In this document: positions 9,625 through 21,024 of the stretch, in pieces
Layout of the letters: the number at the start of each line of letters is the position of its first letter
Position numbering within the stretch: position 1 is the stretch's first letter
NCBI GenBank assembly: GCA_963677595.1
Contig: OY782041.1
Coordinates: forward strand, 1 to 64,000
Source: Spirochaetia bacterium
Lineage (GTDB): Bacteria; Spirochaetota; Spirochaetia; CAKZLE01
Direction of reading: 5' to 3'
Length of the DNA stretch: 64,000 nt
The notes under the pieces: generated by a model
Databases searched by the model: none
Seen by the model: only the letters and a program-made list of their open reading frames with translations
Told to the model about the DNA's origin: nothing
Made by a program: the position numbers and the translations under genes

Positions 9625-11808
9625 ATGGAACTATTCTCCTCGGCTTCAGAACAGGATCACCAGCCCCTCGCCTTCCGCATGCGTCCCCGCCATCTCGATG
9701 AGTACATGGGCCAGGATCATATCATCGGGGAGGGACGGCTGCTCAGGAGGGCGATCCAGGCAGACCAGCTCTCCTCGGTCATCTTCTACGGTCCCCCGGG
9801 GACGGGGAAGACGACCCTGGCCCGGGTCATCGCAAACACGACGAAGAGTCACTTCTCGACCTTGAACGCAGTCCTCTCCGGGGTAAAGCAGCTCAGGGAA
9901 GAGATCGATGCGGCGAAGAACCGACTCGATTACTACCACAAGAAGACGATCCTCTTCATAGATGAGGTCCACCGCTGGAACAAGTCGCAGCAGGACGCCC
10001 TGCTGCCCTGGGTAGAGAACGGGACTGTGATCCTCATCGGGGCCACCACGGAGAACCCCTATTTCGAGGTGAACGCCGCCCTCGTCAGCCGGAGCAGGAT
10101 CTTCCAGCTCACGAGGCTGACCGAAGCAGACCTCCATGACATAGCCTGGCAGACGCTCCGGGACAAGGAGCGCGGCTACGGGAACTATGACATCACCTTC
10201 ACTGAGGGCGCCCTCGACCACATCATCAACATCGCGAACGGGGACGCACGGAGCCTCCTCAACGCGCTGGAACTGGCGGTGGAGACCACGCCTGACGTCT
10301 TCCCTCCCCGGGAGGGAGAGAAGATCGTGATCACCAGGGAGGTCGCCGAGGAGAGCATCCAGCAGAAGATCGTCCTCTATGACAAGGAAGGCGACTACCA
10401 TTTCGACGTGATCAGTGCCTTCATCAAGTCGATCCGCGGGTCTGACCCTGATGCGGTCCTCTACTGGATGGCTAAGATGGTGAAGGCCGGCGAGGATCCC
10501 AAGTACATATTCCGGAGGATGCTCATATCAGCCTCGGAGGACATCGGCATGGCAGACCCCCATGCCCTCGGCGTCGTCACCTCAGCGGCGGAAGCCTTTG
10601 ACCGGGTCGGCATGCCCGAGGGGCGCTACCACCTCACCCATGCTGCCCTATACCTGGCGACCGCCCCGAAGTCGAACAGCGCCCTCGGGTTCTTCTCCGC
10701 CCTGCAGCACCTTGAGAAGGAGTCGGATGCCGAAGTACCCAACCATCTGAAGGACAGCAGCCGGGACAAGGAGGGCTTCGGCCATGGCAAGGGGTACCAG
10801 TACCCCCACGCCTACCGTGACCACTGGGTCGCCCAGCAGTACCTGCCCGGCGGGCTTCAGGGGTCGGTCTTCTACGACCCCTCCGACCAGGGGTACGAGC
10901 AGACGATCCGGACTCTGGTCCAGAGCCGGCGGGAAGCACAGCTTGACGCCGCAGTACGCGAGCCATTCCCCGAGGTACTCACCTTCAGCCCCCCGGACAG
11001 CACGAGAGACCATTGGCTCCAGAGGCTGATCACCTCCCGCGGGGAGACCTTCGCGGCCATCCGTTCGCGGCTCTTCGTCCCACTTGCCCTCCAGCGGCAT
11101 GACCGGGTGCTCGTCTTCGAGACGGGACGCGGCATGCTCACCTGGGAAGCCTGCAGGCAGACGCCCGAGGGGGGTGTGACCACCATAACCGGCAGCCGGG
11201 AGCTGAAGCAGGAGATGACCGAGTACGCCAAGGGGCTCACCGAGCTTGACCGACCCCAGATCCTCGACCTTCCGGCAATCGCGGAGTTCACCGCTGAGGC
11301 GGTGGATGGGGGATTCGATGCCCTGGTCGGGCAGAATCTCTTCACGAGGCTGGAGGACCCGGTGCACTTCAGCCGGGAGCTTGCCCGGACTGCACGGCAG
11401 CTCTCCCTCTGCGAGATCATCCCGAATCGCTGCCAGCGCCTCTCACAGCTCTGCAGCGACCCTGAACAGCGGGAGCTGATGCTCGAGGCAGAACACCAGG
11501 TCTACGATGACTCCTCCCGGCCGATGATGCAGCTTTCCGAGGAGTACTTCTCCTCGCTCTTCAGGGAGGCAGGCTTCCAGGAGGTCGAGACCCGCCTGAT
11601 GACGGTCTCCGAACGACGGAAGGTCTCACCGGACGACATCGAGAAGTGGTTCGCCAACACCTATGGGAAGGCCGTGCCCTTCGAGAAGCTCAACCTGCTC
11701 GAGGAGACCCGCAGGAGCCTTGAGTCATCCTATGGGGGGAAGGTGATTGACTGGCAGATCACCCTCTGCTTCATCACCGCCATAGGGGCTCTCCAGAAGA
11801 AATCATGA
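9625..11808 (+). CDS. rarA: Replication-associated recombination ATPase RarA/MgsA with C-terminal methyltransferase-like extension
   Basis: [66 protein letters not shown]; about 280 extra C-terminal aa. Confidence 0.93.
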   Translation: MELFSSASEQDHQPLAFRMRPRHLDEYMGQDHIIGEGRLLRRAIQADQLSSVIFYGPPGTGKTTLARVIANTTKSHFSTLNAVLSGVKQLREEIDAAKNRLDYYHKKTILFIDEVHRWNKSQQDALLPWVENGTVILIGATTENPYFEVNAALVSRSRIFQLTRLTEADLHDIAWQTLRDKERGYGNYDITFTEGALDHIINIANGDARSLLNALELAVETTPDVFPPREGEKIVITREVAEESIQQKIVLYDKEGDYHFDVISAFIKSIRGSDPDAVLYWMAKMVKAGEDPKYIFRRMLISASEDIGMADPHALGVVTSAAEAFDRVGMPEGRYHLTHAALYLATAPKSNSALGFFSALQHLEKESDAEVPNHLKDSSRDKEGFGHGKGYQYPHAYRDHWVAQQYLPGGLQGSVFYDPSDQGYEQTIRTLVQSRREAQLDAAVREPFPEVLTFSPPDSTRDHWLQRLITSRGETFAAIRSRLFVPLALQRHDRVLVFETGRGMLTWEACRQTPEGGVTTITGSRELKQEMTEYAKGLTELDRPQILDLPAIAEFTAEAVDGGFDALVGQNLFTRLEDPVHFSRELARTARQLSLCEIIPNRCQRLSQLCSDPEQRELMLEAEHQVYDDSSRPMMQLSEEYFSSLFREAGFQEVETRLMTVSERRKVSPDDIEKWFANTYGKAVPFEKLNLLEETRRSLESSYGGKVIDWQITLCFITAIGALQKKS

Positions 11809-11836
11809 TTTGGGAAAAATTCCTATCTGAAAAGTA

Positions 11837-11865
11837 TTGACAAAACAGGCGATTTCCAACATAGT
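11837..11865 (+). promoter_or_regulatory. sigma70-type promoter of the tRNA cluster
   Basis: TTGACA-17 bp-CATAGT upstream of tRNA-His. Confidence 0.65.
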
Positions 11866-11901
11866 ACATCTCGTTCGAAAGGACAGATGAATGATTCACT
11901 T

Positions 11902-11974
11902 GGTGGATGTAGTTCAATGGTAGAGCACCAGATTGTGGTTCTGGTTGTTGCGGGTTCGAGCCCCGTCATCCACC
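11902..11974 (+). tRNA. tRNA-His(GUG)
   Basis: Cloverleaf with G-1; anticodon arm CCAGA-TTGTGGT-TCTGG; GGTTCGAG T-arm; CCA not encoded. Confidence 0.95.
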
Positions 11975-12023
11975 CGCCTTTACATTTCATTCATCTTGTG
12001 ATAACATCACGAAACTTGGAAAT

Positions 12024-12097
<74 letters not shown>

Positions 12098-12105
12098 ATT
12101 CACAT

Positions 12106-12178
12106 GGGCCGTTAGCTCAGCTGGTAGAGCAGCAGACTCTTAATCTGCGGGTCGAAGGTTCGATCCCTTCACGGCTCA
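12106..12178 (+). tRNA. tRNA-Lys(CUU)
   Basis: GGGCCGT/ACGGCTC acceptor; GCAGA-CTCTTAA-TCTGC. Confidence 0.95.
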
Positions 12179-12226
12179 AAGTAGTTTCCTATTATTGACA
12201 ATAAAAGGAAACTATGGTATATCACT

Positions 12227-12308
12227 GCGAGAGTGGTGAAATTGGCAGACACGCTAGACTTAGGATCTAGTGCCTTATGGCGTAAGGGTTCAAGTCCCTT
12301 CTCTCGCA
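12227..12308 (+). tRNA. tRNA-Leu(UAG)
   Basis: GCGAGAG/CTCTCGC acceptor; CTAGA-CTTAGGA-TCTAG; long variable arm. Confidence 0.95.
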
Positions 12309-12360
12309 AGAGGGTCTTCATCGAGAAGCAAGAAGGGGATCTTTTCATCGCGCTAAACAC

Positions 12361-12432
12361 GCGAGAGTAGCTCAGTGGTAGAGCTCCACCTTGCCAAGGT
12401 GGATGTCGCGGGTTCAAATCCCGTCTCTCGCT
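12361..12432 (+). tRNA. tRNA-Gly(GCC)
   Basis: GCGAGAG/CTCTCGC acceptor; CCACC-TTGCCAA-GGTGG. Confidence 0.95.
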
Positions 12433-12437
12433 CAAGC

Positions 12438-12467
12438 AGGCGACCCATAACGGGTCGCCTTTTTTTA
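12438..12467 (+). terminator. Intrinsic terminator after the tRNA cluster
   Basis: AGGCGACCC-ataac-GGGTCGCCT followed by a T run. Confidence 0.85.
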
Positions 12468-12579
12468 TCAGGTGCATATCGAACGATTTTTGCCATTCAC
12501 TGTGGATGCTATAGTCGTTACTTAGTATCTTTAGTATACTAGAATAGATATAGAGTTTATTTTTGGAAAGAGGTTGAAA

Positions 12580-13920
12580 ATGGTTGCCGACAAGAAGATT
12601 AAGGAGCTCGAGAAATCAGCAGTCGAGATGACTGTGACTATCGCTCAGAAGACCGTCGCAGAAGAGTATGACAAGGTTGTGAAGAAATACTCCAAGACTC
12701 TCCAGATCAAGGGGTTCAGGAAGGGGAAGGCCCCTGCAGCAGTCCTTGAGAAGAAATATGGGGAAGCATTCCAGGAAGAGGCGATGTACAACATGATCGA
12801 GGGATCAGTCGATGAGGCCCTCAAGGAGATCGAGGATAAGTACAAGCCCCTCCCCTACAGCCAACCGAAACTGGTCGATGAGGAGAATCTCAGCTGTTCT
12901 ACCGATGAGGACTTCTCCTTTGCGGTCTCATATGATATCTATCCCGCTTTTGACGTGCCGGGTTATACCGGGCACAGCATCGAGATCCCGGCTGTCGCAG
13001 TCGATGATGAGGTCCTTGGTGAGGAGCTGAAGAAGCTCCAGGAGCAGAACTCCATGGTCATCGAGAAAGCCGGTACCATCGAGAAGGACGACATCGTGAC
13101 GATCGACTATGCAGAGGTCGATGAGAACGGTGAGACCGTCGAGGGGACCGAGCGTGAGGACTTCGTCTTCACCGTCGGGACCGGGTACAACTTCTACAAG
13201 ATCGACGATGACATCATCGGCATGGCCAAGGATGAGGAGAAAGTCATCGAGAAGAGCTACGGCGATGACCACGACGTCGAGGAATATGCCGGGAAGACCG
13301 TGAAGGTCAAGGTGACCGTCAAGGCCGTCAAGGTCCGTGACCTCCCTGAACTCGATGATGAGTTCGCTCAGGACATCAGCGATGAGTACGAGACGCTCGA
13401 GGACCTCAAGAAAGCAACGAAAGAGAAACTTGAAAAGAGCCTCGAACAGCGGTTGAGAGGCCTCAAGGTCGAGAAGCTCAATGACACCCTCCTCGAAGGG
13501 TTCACCGTGGACCTGCCGGAATCGATGATCGCCGCAGAGCTCGAGAACTCCTGGAGAAACTTCGCTTCCCAGTCAGGCATGGCAGAGCAGCAGCTGCTCG
13601 ATATCCTCTCCTACCAGGGGAAGGGCAAGGCTGACCTCCTCGAGGAGTGGAGACCCCAGGCCCTGAAGAACATCCTCATCCAGATGATCCTCGAGAAGGT
13701 ATCAGAGGAAGAGAAGATCGAGGTGACTGACGAGGATATCGCAGAGTTGATGCCCTCCCTCGATGGCATCGAGAACCAGGAGCAGAAGGACTACTACATC
13801 TACCTGATGAAGGAAGAGAAGAAGACCCAGAAGGTAGTTGACCTGCTGCTGGAGAAGAACGAGTTCACGGAAGGTAAAGCAGTAGCATATACTGATCTGA
13901 TGCAGAACAAACTAGACTAA
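12580..13920 (+). CDS. tig: Trigger factor
   Basis: IKGFRKGKAP ribosome-binding loop, FKBP-like domain, LPELDDEFA; upstream of clpP. Confidence 0.95.
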   Translation: MVADKKIKELEKSAVEMTVTIAQKTVAEEYDKVVKKYSKTLQIKGFRKGKAPAAVLEKKYGEAFQEEAMYNMIEGSVDEALKEIEDKYKPLPYSQPKLVDEENLSCSTDEDFSFAVSYDIYPAFDVPGYTGHSIEIPAVAVDDEVLGEELKKLQEQNSMVIEKAGTIEKDDIVTIDYAEVDENGETVEGTEREDFVFTVGTGYNFYKIDDDIIGMAKDEEKVIEKSYGDDHDVEEYAGKTVKVKVTVKAVKVRDLPELDDEFAQDISDEYETLEDLKKATKEKLEKSLEQRLRGLKVEKLNDTLLEGFTVDLPESMIAAELENSWRNFASQSGMAEQQLLDILSYQGKGKADLLEEWRPQALKNILIQMILEKVSEEEKIEVTDEDIAELMPSLDGIENQEQKDYYIYLMKEEKKTQKVVDLLLEKNEFTEGKAVAYTDLMQNKLD

Positions 13921-13935
13921 CTTCGGAGGAAGATC

Positions 13936-14541
13936 ATGCGATTTGGTATAGAGAAGATGAACAGCCTGGTTCCCATGGTTGTCGAGCAGACCGGGGTCGG
14001 TGAGAGATCCTATGACATATTCTCACGGCTGCTGAAGGAGAGGATCATCTTTATGGATGGTGAGATCAACGATGCGACCGCGGACCTTGTCGTTGCCCAG
14101 CTGCTCTATCTCGAGAGCCAGGACCCTGAACGGGACATCAGCCTCTATATCAACTCGCCGGGCGGAAGCGTCACTGCAGGACTGGCCATCTATGATACCA
14201 TGCAGTATATCAGGTCAGAGGTGCAGACCATCTGCCTCGGTCAGGCTGCATCCATGGCAGCGCTGCTGCTTGCAAGCGGCCAGGCGGGGAAACGGTTCGC
14301 CCTTCCCTCCTCACGCGTGATGATCCACCAGCCCTGGGGAGGCGCCCAGGGCCAGGCAACCGATATCGGGATCCATGCCAAGGAGATCGTCCGGCTGAAG
14401 CAGCTCTCCATCGAGTATTTTGCTCATCATACCGGGAAGAGTCCGGAACAGGTCGCAAAGGACCTGGAACGGGACTTCTTCCTCTCAGCCCCGGAAGCGG
14501 TGGAATACGGTCTGGTAGACAGCCTGCTGTCCAGATCCTAG
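13936..14541 (+). CDS. clpP: ATP-dependent Clp protease proteolytic subunit
   Basis: [38 protein letters not shown]. Confidence 0.97.
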   Translation: MRFGIEKMNSLVPMVVEQTGVGERSYDIFSRLLKERIIFMDGEINDATADLVVAQLLYLESQDPERDISLYINSPGGSVTAGLAIYDTMQYIRSEVQTICLGQAASMAALLLASGQAGKRFALPSSRVMIHQPWGGAQGQATDIGIHAKEIVRLKQLSIEYFAHHTGKSPEQVAKDLERDFFLSAPEAVEYGLVDSLLSRS

Positions 14542-14582
14542 ACAGGGTCCGTGCGGACCCGCGATGTACAGATGAGGTAAGT

Positions 14583-15821
14583 ATGGGAAAGAGTAAGACA
14601 ACACAGAAGACCTGCTCATTCTGCGGAAAGAGCAATGATATGGTGAACCGGCTCATCGCCGGCCCCGGAGTCTATATCTGTAATGAGTGTGTGCAGGTCT
14701 GCAACACGATCCTCAAGGAAGAGGACTCCATCACCGATGAGGAGTTCCTCGATGAGGTGCCTACCCCGAAGGAGATCAAGGAGTACCTTGACCAGTACGT
14801 GGTGGGTCAGACACAGGCGAAGAAGACTCTCTCCGTAGCCGTCTACAACCATTACAAGCGGATCGTTCACCAGGACCGCGTCGATGATGAGGTTGAACTC
14901 GAGAAATCGAACGTCCTGCTCATCGGCCCGACCGGGACCGGTAAGACCCTCCTGGCAAGGACCCTGGCGAAGAAGCTGAAGGTCCCGTTCGCCATCGCGG
15001 ACGCCACGACCCTGACCGAAGCCGGCTACGTCGGCGAGGATGTGGAGAACATCCTCCTCAAGCTCATCCAGAACGCCGGCAACAACATCTCGGCTGCCGA
15101 GAAGGGGATCATCTTCATCGACGAGATCGATAAGATCGCCCGGAAGACCGAGAACGTCTCCATCACCCGGGATGTCTCAGGTGAGGGAGTCCAGCAGGCC
15201 CTGCTCAAGATCATCGAGGGGACTGTCGCATCCGTCCCGCCCCAGGGAGGGAGGAAGCACCCGAACCAGGAGATGCTCAAGATCGATACCACCAACATCC
15301 TCTTCATCTGTGGAGGGGCCTTCGTCGGTCTCGACAAGGTCATCGAGTCCAGGGTGAGCAAACACCCCCTCGGCTTCGGTGCCGACATCAGGATGAGCAA
15401 TGAGAAGGACCTCCAGTCCCTCTATGCCAAGCTGCACCCTGAGGACCTGATCAAGTTCGGCCTCATACCCGAGTTCATCGGGCGTCTGCCGATCCATGTC
15501 TCGCTTGCCAACCTCGAGCGAGAGGACCTCATGCGCATCATCACCGAGCCCAAGAACTCGGTGACCAAGCAGTACCAGGCTTCCATGAAGCTCGACGACG
15601 TCGAACTCGTCTTCGAGGTCGGGGCTGTCGAGGCTATCGCCGAGAAGGCCATCGAACAGAAGACCGGTGCCCGAGGCCTCAGGTCGATCGTGGAGAACCT
15701 CATGACCGACATCATGTTCGACATCCCGTCGATTGACGGGGACAAAGAGGTGATCATCACCCGCGAGGTGGTGATGGAACTCGAAAAACCAAAGGTGAAC
15801 CCCAAGAAAATCTCAGCATGA
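14583..15821 (+). CDS. clpX: Clp protease ATP-binding subunit ClpX
   Basis: CSFCGK zinc finger, [25 protein letters not shown] loop, TGARGLRS. Confidence 0.97.
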   Translation: MGKSKTTQKTCSFCGKSNDMVNRLIAGPGVYICNECVQVCNTILKEEDSITDEEFLDEVPTPKEIKEYLDQYVVGQTQAKKTLSVAVYNHYKRIVHQDRVDDEVELEKSNVLLIGPTGTGKTLLARTLAKKLKVPFAIADATTLTEAGYVGEDVENILLKLIQNAGNNISAAEKGIIFIDEIDKIARKTENVSITRDVSGEGVQQALLKIIEGTVASVPPQGGRKHPNQEMLKIDTTNILFICGGAFVGLDKVIESRVSKHPLGFGADIRMSNEKDLQSLYAKLHPEDLIKFGLIPEFIGRLPIHVSLANLEREDLMRIITEPKNSVTKQYQASMKLDDVELVFEVGAVEAIAEKAIEQKTGARGLRSIVENLMTDIMFDIPSIDGDKEVIITREVVMELEKPKVNPKKISA

Positions 15822-18202
15822 AAACCAATGAACTGAAACTTCATAAAGACTGCATCGAGCTCCCTCTTGTATTATCGAGGGAGCTTGTTGTCTTCCCCCA
15901 TTCGATCGTCCCCTTCGTCACAGACTCCCGGCAATCCATCAAGGCTATCACGAGGGCCATGGAGGAGGACCGTCTGGTATTCTTCGTCTTCCCGAAGGAC
16001 GATCCCGAGTCAGAGGAGTACCACCCGATCGGTACGGTGGTGAAGATACTCCAGATCTTCAAACTCAAGGACGGCACGATCAGGCTCGTCGGCGAGGCGA
16101 TGTACCGGGCAGAACTCTGCTCCTGCCATGAGTCGAGCGAGGAGACGCTCTTCGCCCGACTCGACCCGATCAGGGAGACGAAACAGGTCGATGAGCAGAT
16201 CGAACTGCTCATGCAGTCGATCCTCAGTTCGTTCGATACCTACGTATCGCAGCTGAAGCAGTTCCCGGACGAGATCAGGAAGAAGATCAACGAAGCCCAG
16301 TATGCTGACCTGCTCGTGGACCTCGTGGCTGCCCATATACCCATCAAGAAAGAGCTGAAGCTCGAGCTGCTGCTCTCGGTCGACCATATCGACCGGATCC
16401 AGCGGCTCCTCGTCTTGCTGGACATCGAGATCGAGATGATCAAGCTCCATGGGGAGATCCAGAAACGGGTCAAGGACCGTCTGGAGAAGACCCAGAAGGA
16501 GTATTTCCTCCACGAACAGATCAGGCAGATCAACAAGGAACTCGGCCGGGAGCAGGATGAGGCTGATGAGGCCGACGAGCTCCTGGAACGCATCAAGGCC
16601 CTGACCCCCCCGGAGGAGGTCATCGCCAAGGCGACGAAGGAATCCAACCGGCTGCGTAAGCTCCAGGCCATGTCCCCGGAGTCAGGGGTGATCAGGACCT
16701 ATCTCGAATGGCTTGCCGACATCCCCTGGTCGAAGGCGACGGCTGACAATTATGACATCGTCAGGGCGAAGTCTGTCCTTGATGAGGACCATTACAACAT
16801 GATCAAGCCCAAGGAGCGGATCCTTGACTATCTTGCGGTCCGCTCGATCAAGAAGAGCCTCAAGGGGCCGATCCTCTGCCTGGTGGGTCCCCCGGGAACG
16901 GGGAAGACCTCCCTCGGGAAGTCCATCGCACGTACCATGGGACGGGAGCTCGTGAGGATCTCCCTCGGCGGCGTGCGTGATGAGGCCGAGATCAGGGGCC
17001 ACCGCAAGACCTATGTCGGTGCCCTGCCGGGCAAGATCATCCAGTCGATGCGGAAAGCCGGGACGACCAATCCCGTATTCCTGCTCGATGAGATCGACAA
17101 GATGAGCTCAGACTTCCGGGGAGACCCTTCTTCTGCCATGCTCGAGGTCCTCGACCCGGAGCAGAACAACAGCTTCAACGACCACTACCTCGAGGTCCCC
17201 TACGACCTCTCCCAGGTGCTCTTCATCGCCACGGCGAACTCGCTGCATACCATCCCCTCCCCGCTTCGGGACCGGATGGAGATCATCGAGATCCCCGGCT
17301 ACTCCGATATCGAGAAATTCCAGATCGCCACGCGGTTCCTCATTCCGAAACAGCTCAGGGAGAACGGCCTCACCTCTGCGAAGATCAGGTTCCGCAGGGA
17401 CGCGGTCTTCTCACTCATCCATGACTACACCATGGAATCCGGGGTTCGCTCCCTGGAACGCATCATCGGGACGGTCGTCAGGAAGCTGGCCAGGAACTAC
17501 CTGTCCCGGGCACAGAAGACTACTCCCCTGAATGAATATACCAGGACGATCACCGCCAAGAACCTGCCCCAGCTCCTGGGAAAGCCGATCTACTCGGACG
17601 AGCTCGTCCACAAGGAGCCGGTCCCCGGCCTTGCCCACGGGCTCGCCTGGACCGAGATGGGCGGGAGGATGCTGTCCGTGGAGGCGGCACTGTTCCCGGG
17701 GACCGGGAAGCTGATCCTTACCGGGAATCTCGGGGAGGTGATGAAGGAGAGCGCCCGCATCAGTCTCTCCTATATCCAGTCGCATGCGGCTGCCCTCTCG
17801 ATCGACCCGGAGGTCATCAAGCACCATGACATCCACATCCATGTCCCGCAGGGAGCCATCCCCAAGGACGGGCCCTCGGCGGGGATCACTCTGACCGTGG
17901 CGCTCTACTCCGCCCTGATCGGGAAGGCACCGAACCACTTCTCCATGACCGGGGAGCTGACGCTCACCGGCAACATCCTGGCGATCGGCGGGGTCAAGGA
18001 GAAGATCCTTGCATCCTACCGGATGGGGATCAGGCAGATCCTGCTCCCGGCCAAGAACGAGAAGGATGTCGCAGAGGATATCCCGAGGAAGGTCCTCGAG
18101 GATCTCTCCATCCATTACATAACCCATATCCAACAGGCGCTGCAGCTGCTCTTCCCTGATTATTGTGATGCTGAGCGATGTGTCATCTCAGAGGAGGAAT
18201 AG
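15818..18202 (+). CDS. lon: Lon protease
   Basis: [44 protein letters not shown]. Confidence 0.97.
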   Translation: MKTNELKLHKDCIELPLVLSRELVVFPHSIVPFVTDSRQSIKAITRAMEEDRLVFFVFPKDDPESEEYHPIGTVVKILQIFKLKDGTIRLVGEAMYRAELCSCHESSEETLFARLDPIRETKQVDEQIELLMQSILSSFDTYVSQLKQFPDEIRKKINEAQYADLLVDLVAAHIPIKKELKLELLLSVDHIDRIQRLLVLLDIEIEMIKLHGEIQKRVKDRLEKTQKEYFLHEQIRQINKELGREQDEADEADELLERIKALTPPEEVIAKATKESNRLRKLQAMSPESGVIRTYLEWLADIPWSKATADNYDIVRAKSVLDEDHYNMIKPKERILDYLAVRSIKKSLKGPILCLVGPPGTGKTSLGKSIARTMGRELVRISLGGVRDEAEIRGHRKTYVGALPGKIIQSMRKAGTTNPVFLLDEIDKMSSDFRGDPSSAMLEVLDPEQNNSFNDHYLEVPYDLSQVLFIATANSLHTIPSPLRDRMEIIEIPGYSDIEKFQIATRFLIPKQLRENGLTSAKIRFRRDAVFSLIHDYTMESGVRSLERIIGTVVRKLARNYLSRAQKTTPLNEYTRTITAKNLPQLLGKPIYSDELVHKEPVPGLAHGLAWTEMGGRMLSVEAALFPGTGKLILTGNLGEVMKESARISLSYIQSHAAALSIDPEVIKHHDIHIHVPQGAIPKDGPSAGITLTVALYSALIGKAPNHFSMTGELTLTGNILAIGGVKEKILASYRMGIRQILLPAKNEKDVAEDIPRKVLEDLSIHYITHIQQALQLLFPDYCDAERCVISEEE

Positions 18203-18208
18203 GACGAC

Positions 18209-19192
18209 ATGGTAGAAGTAAAACTCGTAGCACAGGAACTGATCGACGCGATCAAATCACATACCCATTTCATCGTCATCGGCCATATGAACCCGGACAG
18301 TGATTCGATCAACTCGCAGCTTTCCCTCGCATCACTGCTCGGGAAGCTCGGGAAGCATGCGATCACTGCCTCCGCAGGCCCCTTCACACGGCATGAGATC
18401 AGTGACTTCGAGTCACAGTTCCTTCCCCATATCCCGGAAGACTACAAGGAGCATGAGCCCCTCGTCCTCATCGTGGACTGCTCATCCCCCGACCGGATCG
18501 GCTACCTCGCTGAGGAGATCGCAGGTCTTACTGTCGGGGTGATCGACCACCATGCCGCAGGACAGGACTTCGGGGATGTCACCTACATAGACCCGAAGGC
18601 CTTCTCGGTGACCTACCTCATCCTGCAGCTCTTCCATACCTTCAACATCCCGATCGGTGAGGAGGATGCCCACAGGATGCTCTTCGGCTTAGCGACCGAT
18701 ACCGGCTATTTCCGCCATATCGGGCCCTACCGCGGGGAAGTCTTCCTGACGGTCTCTGAGCTTGTCGAGGCAGGGGCATCCCCCAGGGTCATCTACCAGG
18801 ACATGTACGGGAGGAGGACCTTCGCCTCGAGGAAACTCCTCGGCCTGCTCCTCTACCGGACAGAGGCCTATTACGACGGGAAGCTGCTGCTCACCTGGGA
18901 GACGAGGGAGGAGACGCTCGAGTACGGGGAGATCAACCGCGACTCGGAGACCCTCTATGCCCAGATGCTCGGGATAGACGGCTGTGAGGTCATCATCTTC
19001 ATCCGGGAGAACGAGGGTGAGGAGGACTGCACCGTCGGCTTCAGGGCCCATGGGGATTCCCTGATCAATGTCGGGGAGATCGCCGCGGAGTTTGGCGGCG
19101 GCGGTCACAAGAAGGCTTCCGGCGTCACGATGAAAGGGGACATCTCCACGATATCAGACACCCTCTTAGACCGATTCTCGACCCTTCTCTGA
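18209..19192 (+). CDS. DHH/DHHA1 phosphoesterase (NrnA-like nanoRNase/pAp phosphatase)
   Basis: HMNPDSDS, IDHH, TDTGYF, FGGGGHKKASG. Confidence 0.9.
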   Translation: MVEVKLVAQELIDAIKSHTHFIVIGHMNPDSDSINSQLSLASLLGKLGKHAITASAGPFTRHEISDFESQFLPHIPEDYKEHEPLVLIVDCSSPDRIGYLAEEIAGLTVGVIDHHAAGQDFGDVTYIDPKAFSVTYLILQLFHTFNIPIGEEDAHRMLFGLATDTGYFRHIGPYRGEVFLTVSELVEAGASPRVIYQDMYGRRTFASRKLLGLLLYRTEAYYDGKLLLTWETREETLEYGEINRDSETLYAQMLGIDGCEVIIFIRENEGEEDCTVGFRAHGDSLINVGEIAAEFGGGGHKKASGVTMKGDISTISDTLLDRFSTLL

Positions 19193-19227
19193 CCCCAGCC
19201 CGCAGCATTTGCGAAAACACCACCGAG

Positions 19228-19260
19228 AGGCCTCAAGCTGACAGCTTGAGGCCTTCTTGT
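19228..19260 (+). terminator. Hairpin terminator after the tig-clp-lon-DHH operon
   Basis: AGGCCTCAAGCTG-a-CAGCTTGAGGCCT followed by TCTTGT. Confidence 0.75.
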
Positions 19261-19407
19261 GTTGTATCCGGCGGGACAGCCCCTGTCTCCCTGCACCAAT
19301 TCCCGTCTTATTTGTAAGATAGTGTAAACACCAATCTCATATCATTACCTTCAATTACACAATCCTCTATAAACCCTTCTCATAGGGCGTAATTCCATGG
19401 TCATGCT

Positions 19408-19423
19408 TGGCACAAGATTTGCA
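19408..19423 (+). promoter_or_regulatory. sigma54 (-24/-12) promoter
   Basis: TGGCAC-AAGAT-TTGCA with exact consensus spacing, just upstream of an AGGAGG RBS and ATG at 19450. Confidence 0.8.
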
Positions 19424-19449
19424 TTGCGATGACCAAGGAGGAAACGTAT

Positions 19450-20376
19450 ATGGGTACTGCTATTGCAACCGTTATCAGGGAGATCAAAGGGATCGACATG
19501 ACCAAAAAAGTACTGGACTACCAGAAAGGAAGTATATCCAAGCAGGATATACTGGACACCCTATGGAAGATGAGCTATATCTACCCTTTGACACACAACC
19601 TGCTCGAAGAGGAGCAGCTGTTGGGGTTCACCCTCTACTTCCATGCTACCATGACGAGCACCATCGATCGATTCAAGGATATAGGCTTCAAGTTCGATAC
19701 CTACTTCGCGAAAACCATCAGGAACAAAATACGATCGTACAAAAAATGGAGTCGTCATCAAACAGACTACTTGGATCTGCCCCTCTTCATAGACCCTGAG
19801 GGGGCCACGACCCCTGACTTCCAGGAGGAGGTCTGTGATTCGGGGGCTCCCCCCTACCGCATAGAACGGGACTGGACCAAGAAGAGGAATATCTTGTTCA
19901 CGAACCTGAAGACGCAGCTGGCTACCTCCCTGGACAGTAAGGGGCTGCTCTGTGTGTTCATCCAGCTCCAACGGTTCATCCCCCAGGAAGGGTACGAGAG
20001 GCTGCAGGCCATCTTTGCGTGGTTCGGTTTCGATTTCTACCAGGCTCTGGAGCGTTTCGATGAAAGCTACTGGAAGAAGGTGCAGCAGTATAAGCTGTAT
20101 CAGGAGAGGAGCAACCTACACTACATAAAGAAAATGCACCTGGAGGACCTGCTGTGGCAGGAGCAGGATCAAGCCATACGAGATCAACTGAATCAGTCCA
20201 TCGACGTTGAAAGTGAACGGATGGAGACAGCTAACGAGAAGCTCCAGATGTCATCGGTGTCACATTCACACCGGGAGATCGCTGAATACCTTGGCATCCC
20301 CAAGGGGAGCGTGGATTCGTGCATATTCCACATAAAGCGGAATTTCATCAATCTGCTGGACGATTTGTCTCGATAA
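19450..20376 (+). CDS. Divergent sigma70/ECF-like RNA polymerase sigma factor or HTH regulator
   Basis: Region-2-like IDRFKDIGFKFDTYFAKTIRN and region-4-like HTH SHREIAEYLGIPKGSVDSCIFHIKR. Confidence 0.6.
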   Translation: MGTAIATVIREIKGIDMTKKVLDYQKGSISKQDILDTLWKMSYIYPLTHNLLEEEQLLGFTLYFHATMTSTIDRFKDIGFKFDTYFAKTIRNKIRSYKKWSRHQTDYLDLPLFIDPEGATTPDFQEEVCDSGAPPYRIERDWTKKRNILFTNLKTQLATSLDSKGLLCVFIQLQRFIPQEGYERLQAIFAWFGFDFYQALERFDESYWKKVQQYKLYQERSNLHYIKKMHLEDLLWQEQDQAIRDQLNQSIDVESERMETANEKLQMSSVSHSHREIAEYLGIPKGSVDSCIFHIKRNFINLLDDLSR

Positions 20377-20392
20377 TTGTTATTGTATAGCT

Positions 20393-20998
20393 ATGAATAT
20401 TATCGCAGCTACCGGAAACAAGCACAAGAAGATCGAACTGTCCGCTATCTTCACCGGGCACACGATCCTGACCCCTGATGAGATCGGGATCCTTGGTTTC
20501 GACCCTGAGGAGATCGAGGAGAGCTTCCTCGGCAACTCCCTGGGCAAGGCGCAGGCCCTTCGGGACCTGATCAGGGGGCGGGAGGACCTCGGGGAGTATG
20601 CGGTCCTCGCCGATGACTCGGGCCTCTGCGTCAGGGCTCTTGGCGGAGGACCTGGCATCTTCTCAGCCCGGTACGGGTCAGATGTGTTCGGCCGCATGCT
20701 CGAATCCCCAGAACGGAATGCCTACCTGCTTGAGCAGATGGCCGGCATGACCGACCGGAAGGCATCCTTCGTCTGCTGCATGTCCCTCATCCTCGATGAG
20801 TACCGCATCTACACGGTACAGGAGCAGCTGGACGGGGAGATCATCGGGGAGGAGGTCGGTACCGGCGGGTTCGGCTACGACCCGGTCTTCTACCTCCCGG
20901 CATACGGGAAGACGGTAGCAGAGCTCCCTCCGGAGCTGAAGAATGCGATAAGTCACCGGGGCAAGGCGGGGAAACTTCTCGCAGCCCTGCTTCCATAA
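20393..20998 (+). CDS. rdgB: Non-canonical purine NTP pyrophosphatase (RdgB/HAM1)
   Basis: ATGNKHK, LADDSGLCVRALGGGPGIFSARY, GFGYDPVF, KNAISHRG. Confidence 0.95.
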   Translation: MNIIAATGNKHKKIELSAIFTGHTILTPDEIGILGFDPEEIEESFLGNSLGKAQALRDLIRGREDLGEYAVLADDSGLCVRALGGGPGIFSARYGSDVFGRMLESPERNAYLLEQMAGMTDRKASFVCCMSLILDEYRIYTVQEQLDGEIIGEEVGTGGFGYDPVFYLPAYGKTVAELPPELKNAISHRGKAGKLLAALLP

Positions 20999-21024
20999 AC
21001 ACCACACAAGGAGTTCCAACCGAT

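Noticed and set aside
12195-12223. Internal promoter TTGACA-17-TATATC before tRNA-Leu(UAG)
   Set aside because: The -10 element ends only 3 bp before the mature tRNA, so the geometry is doubtful; not called as a feature.
12169-12477. 102-aa minus-strand ORF (and likewise 24609-25082)
   Set aside because: Antisense to tRNA genes, so spurious.
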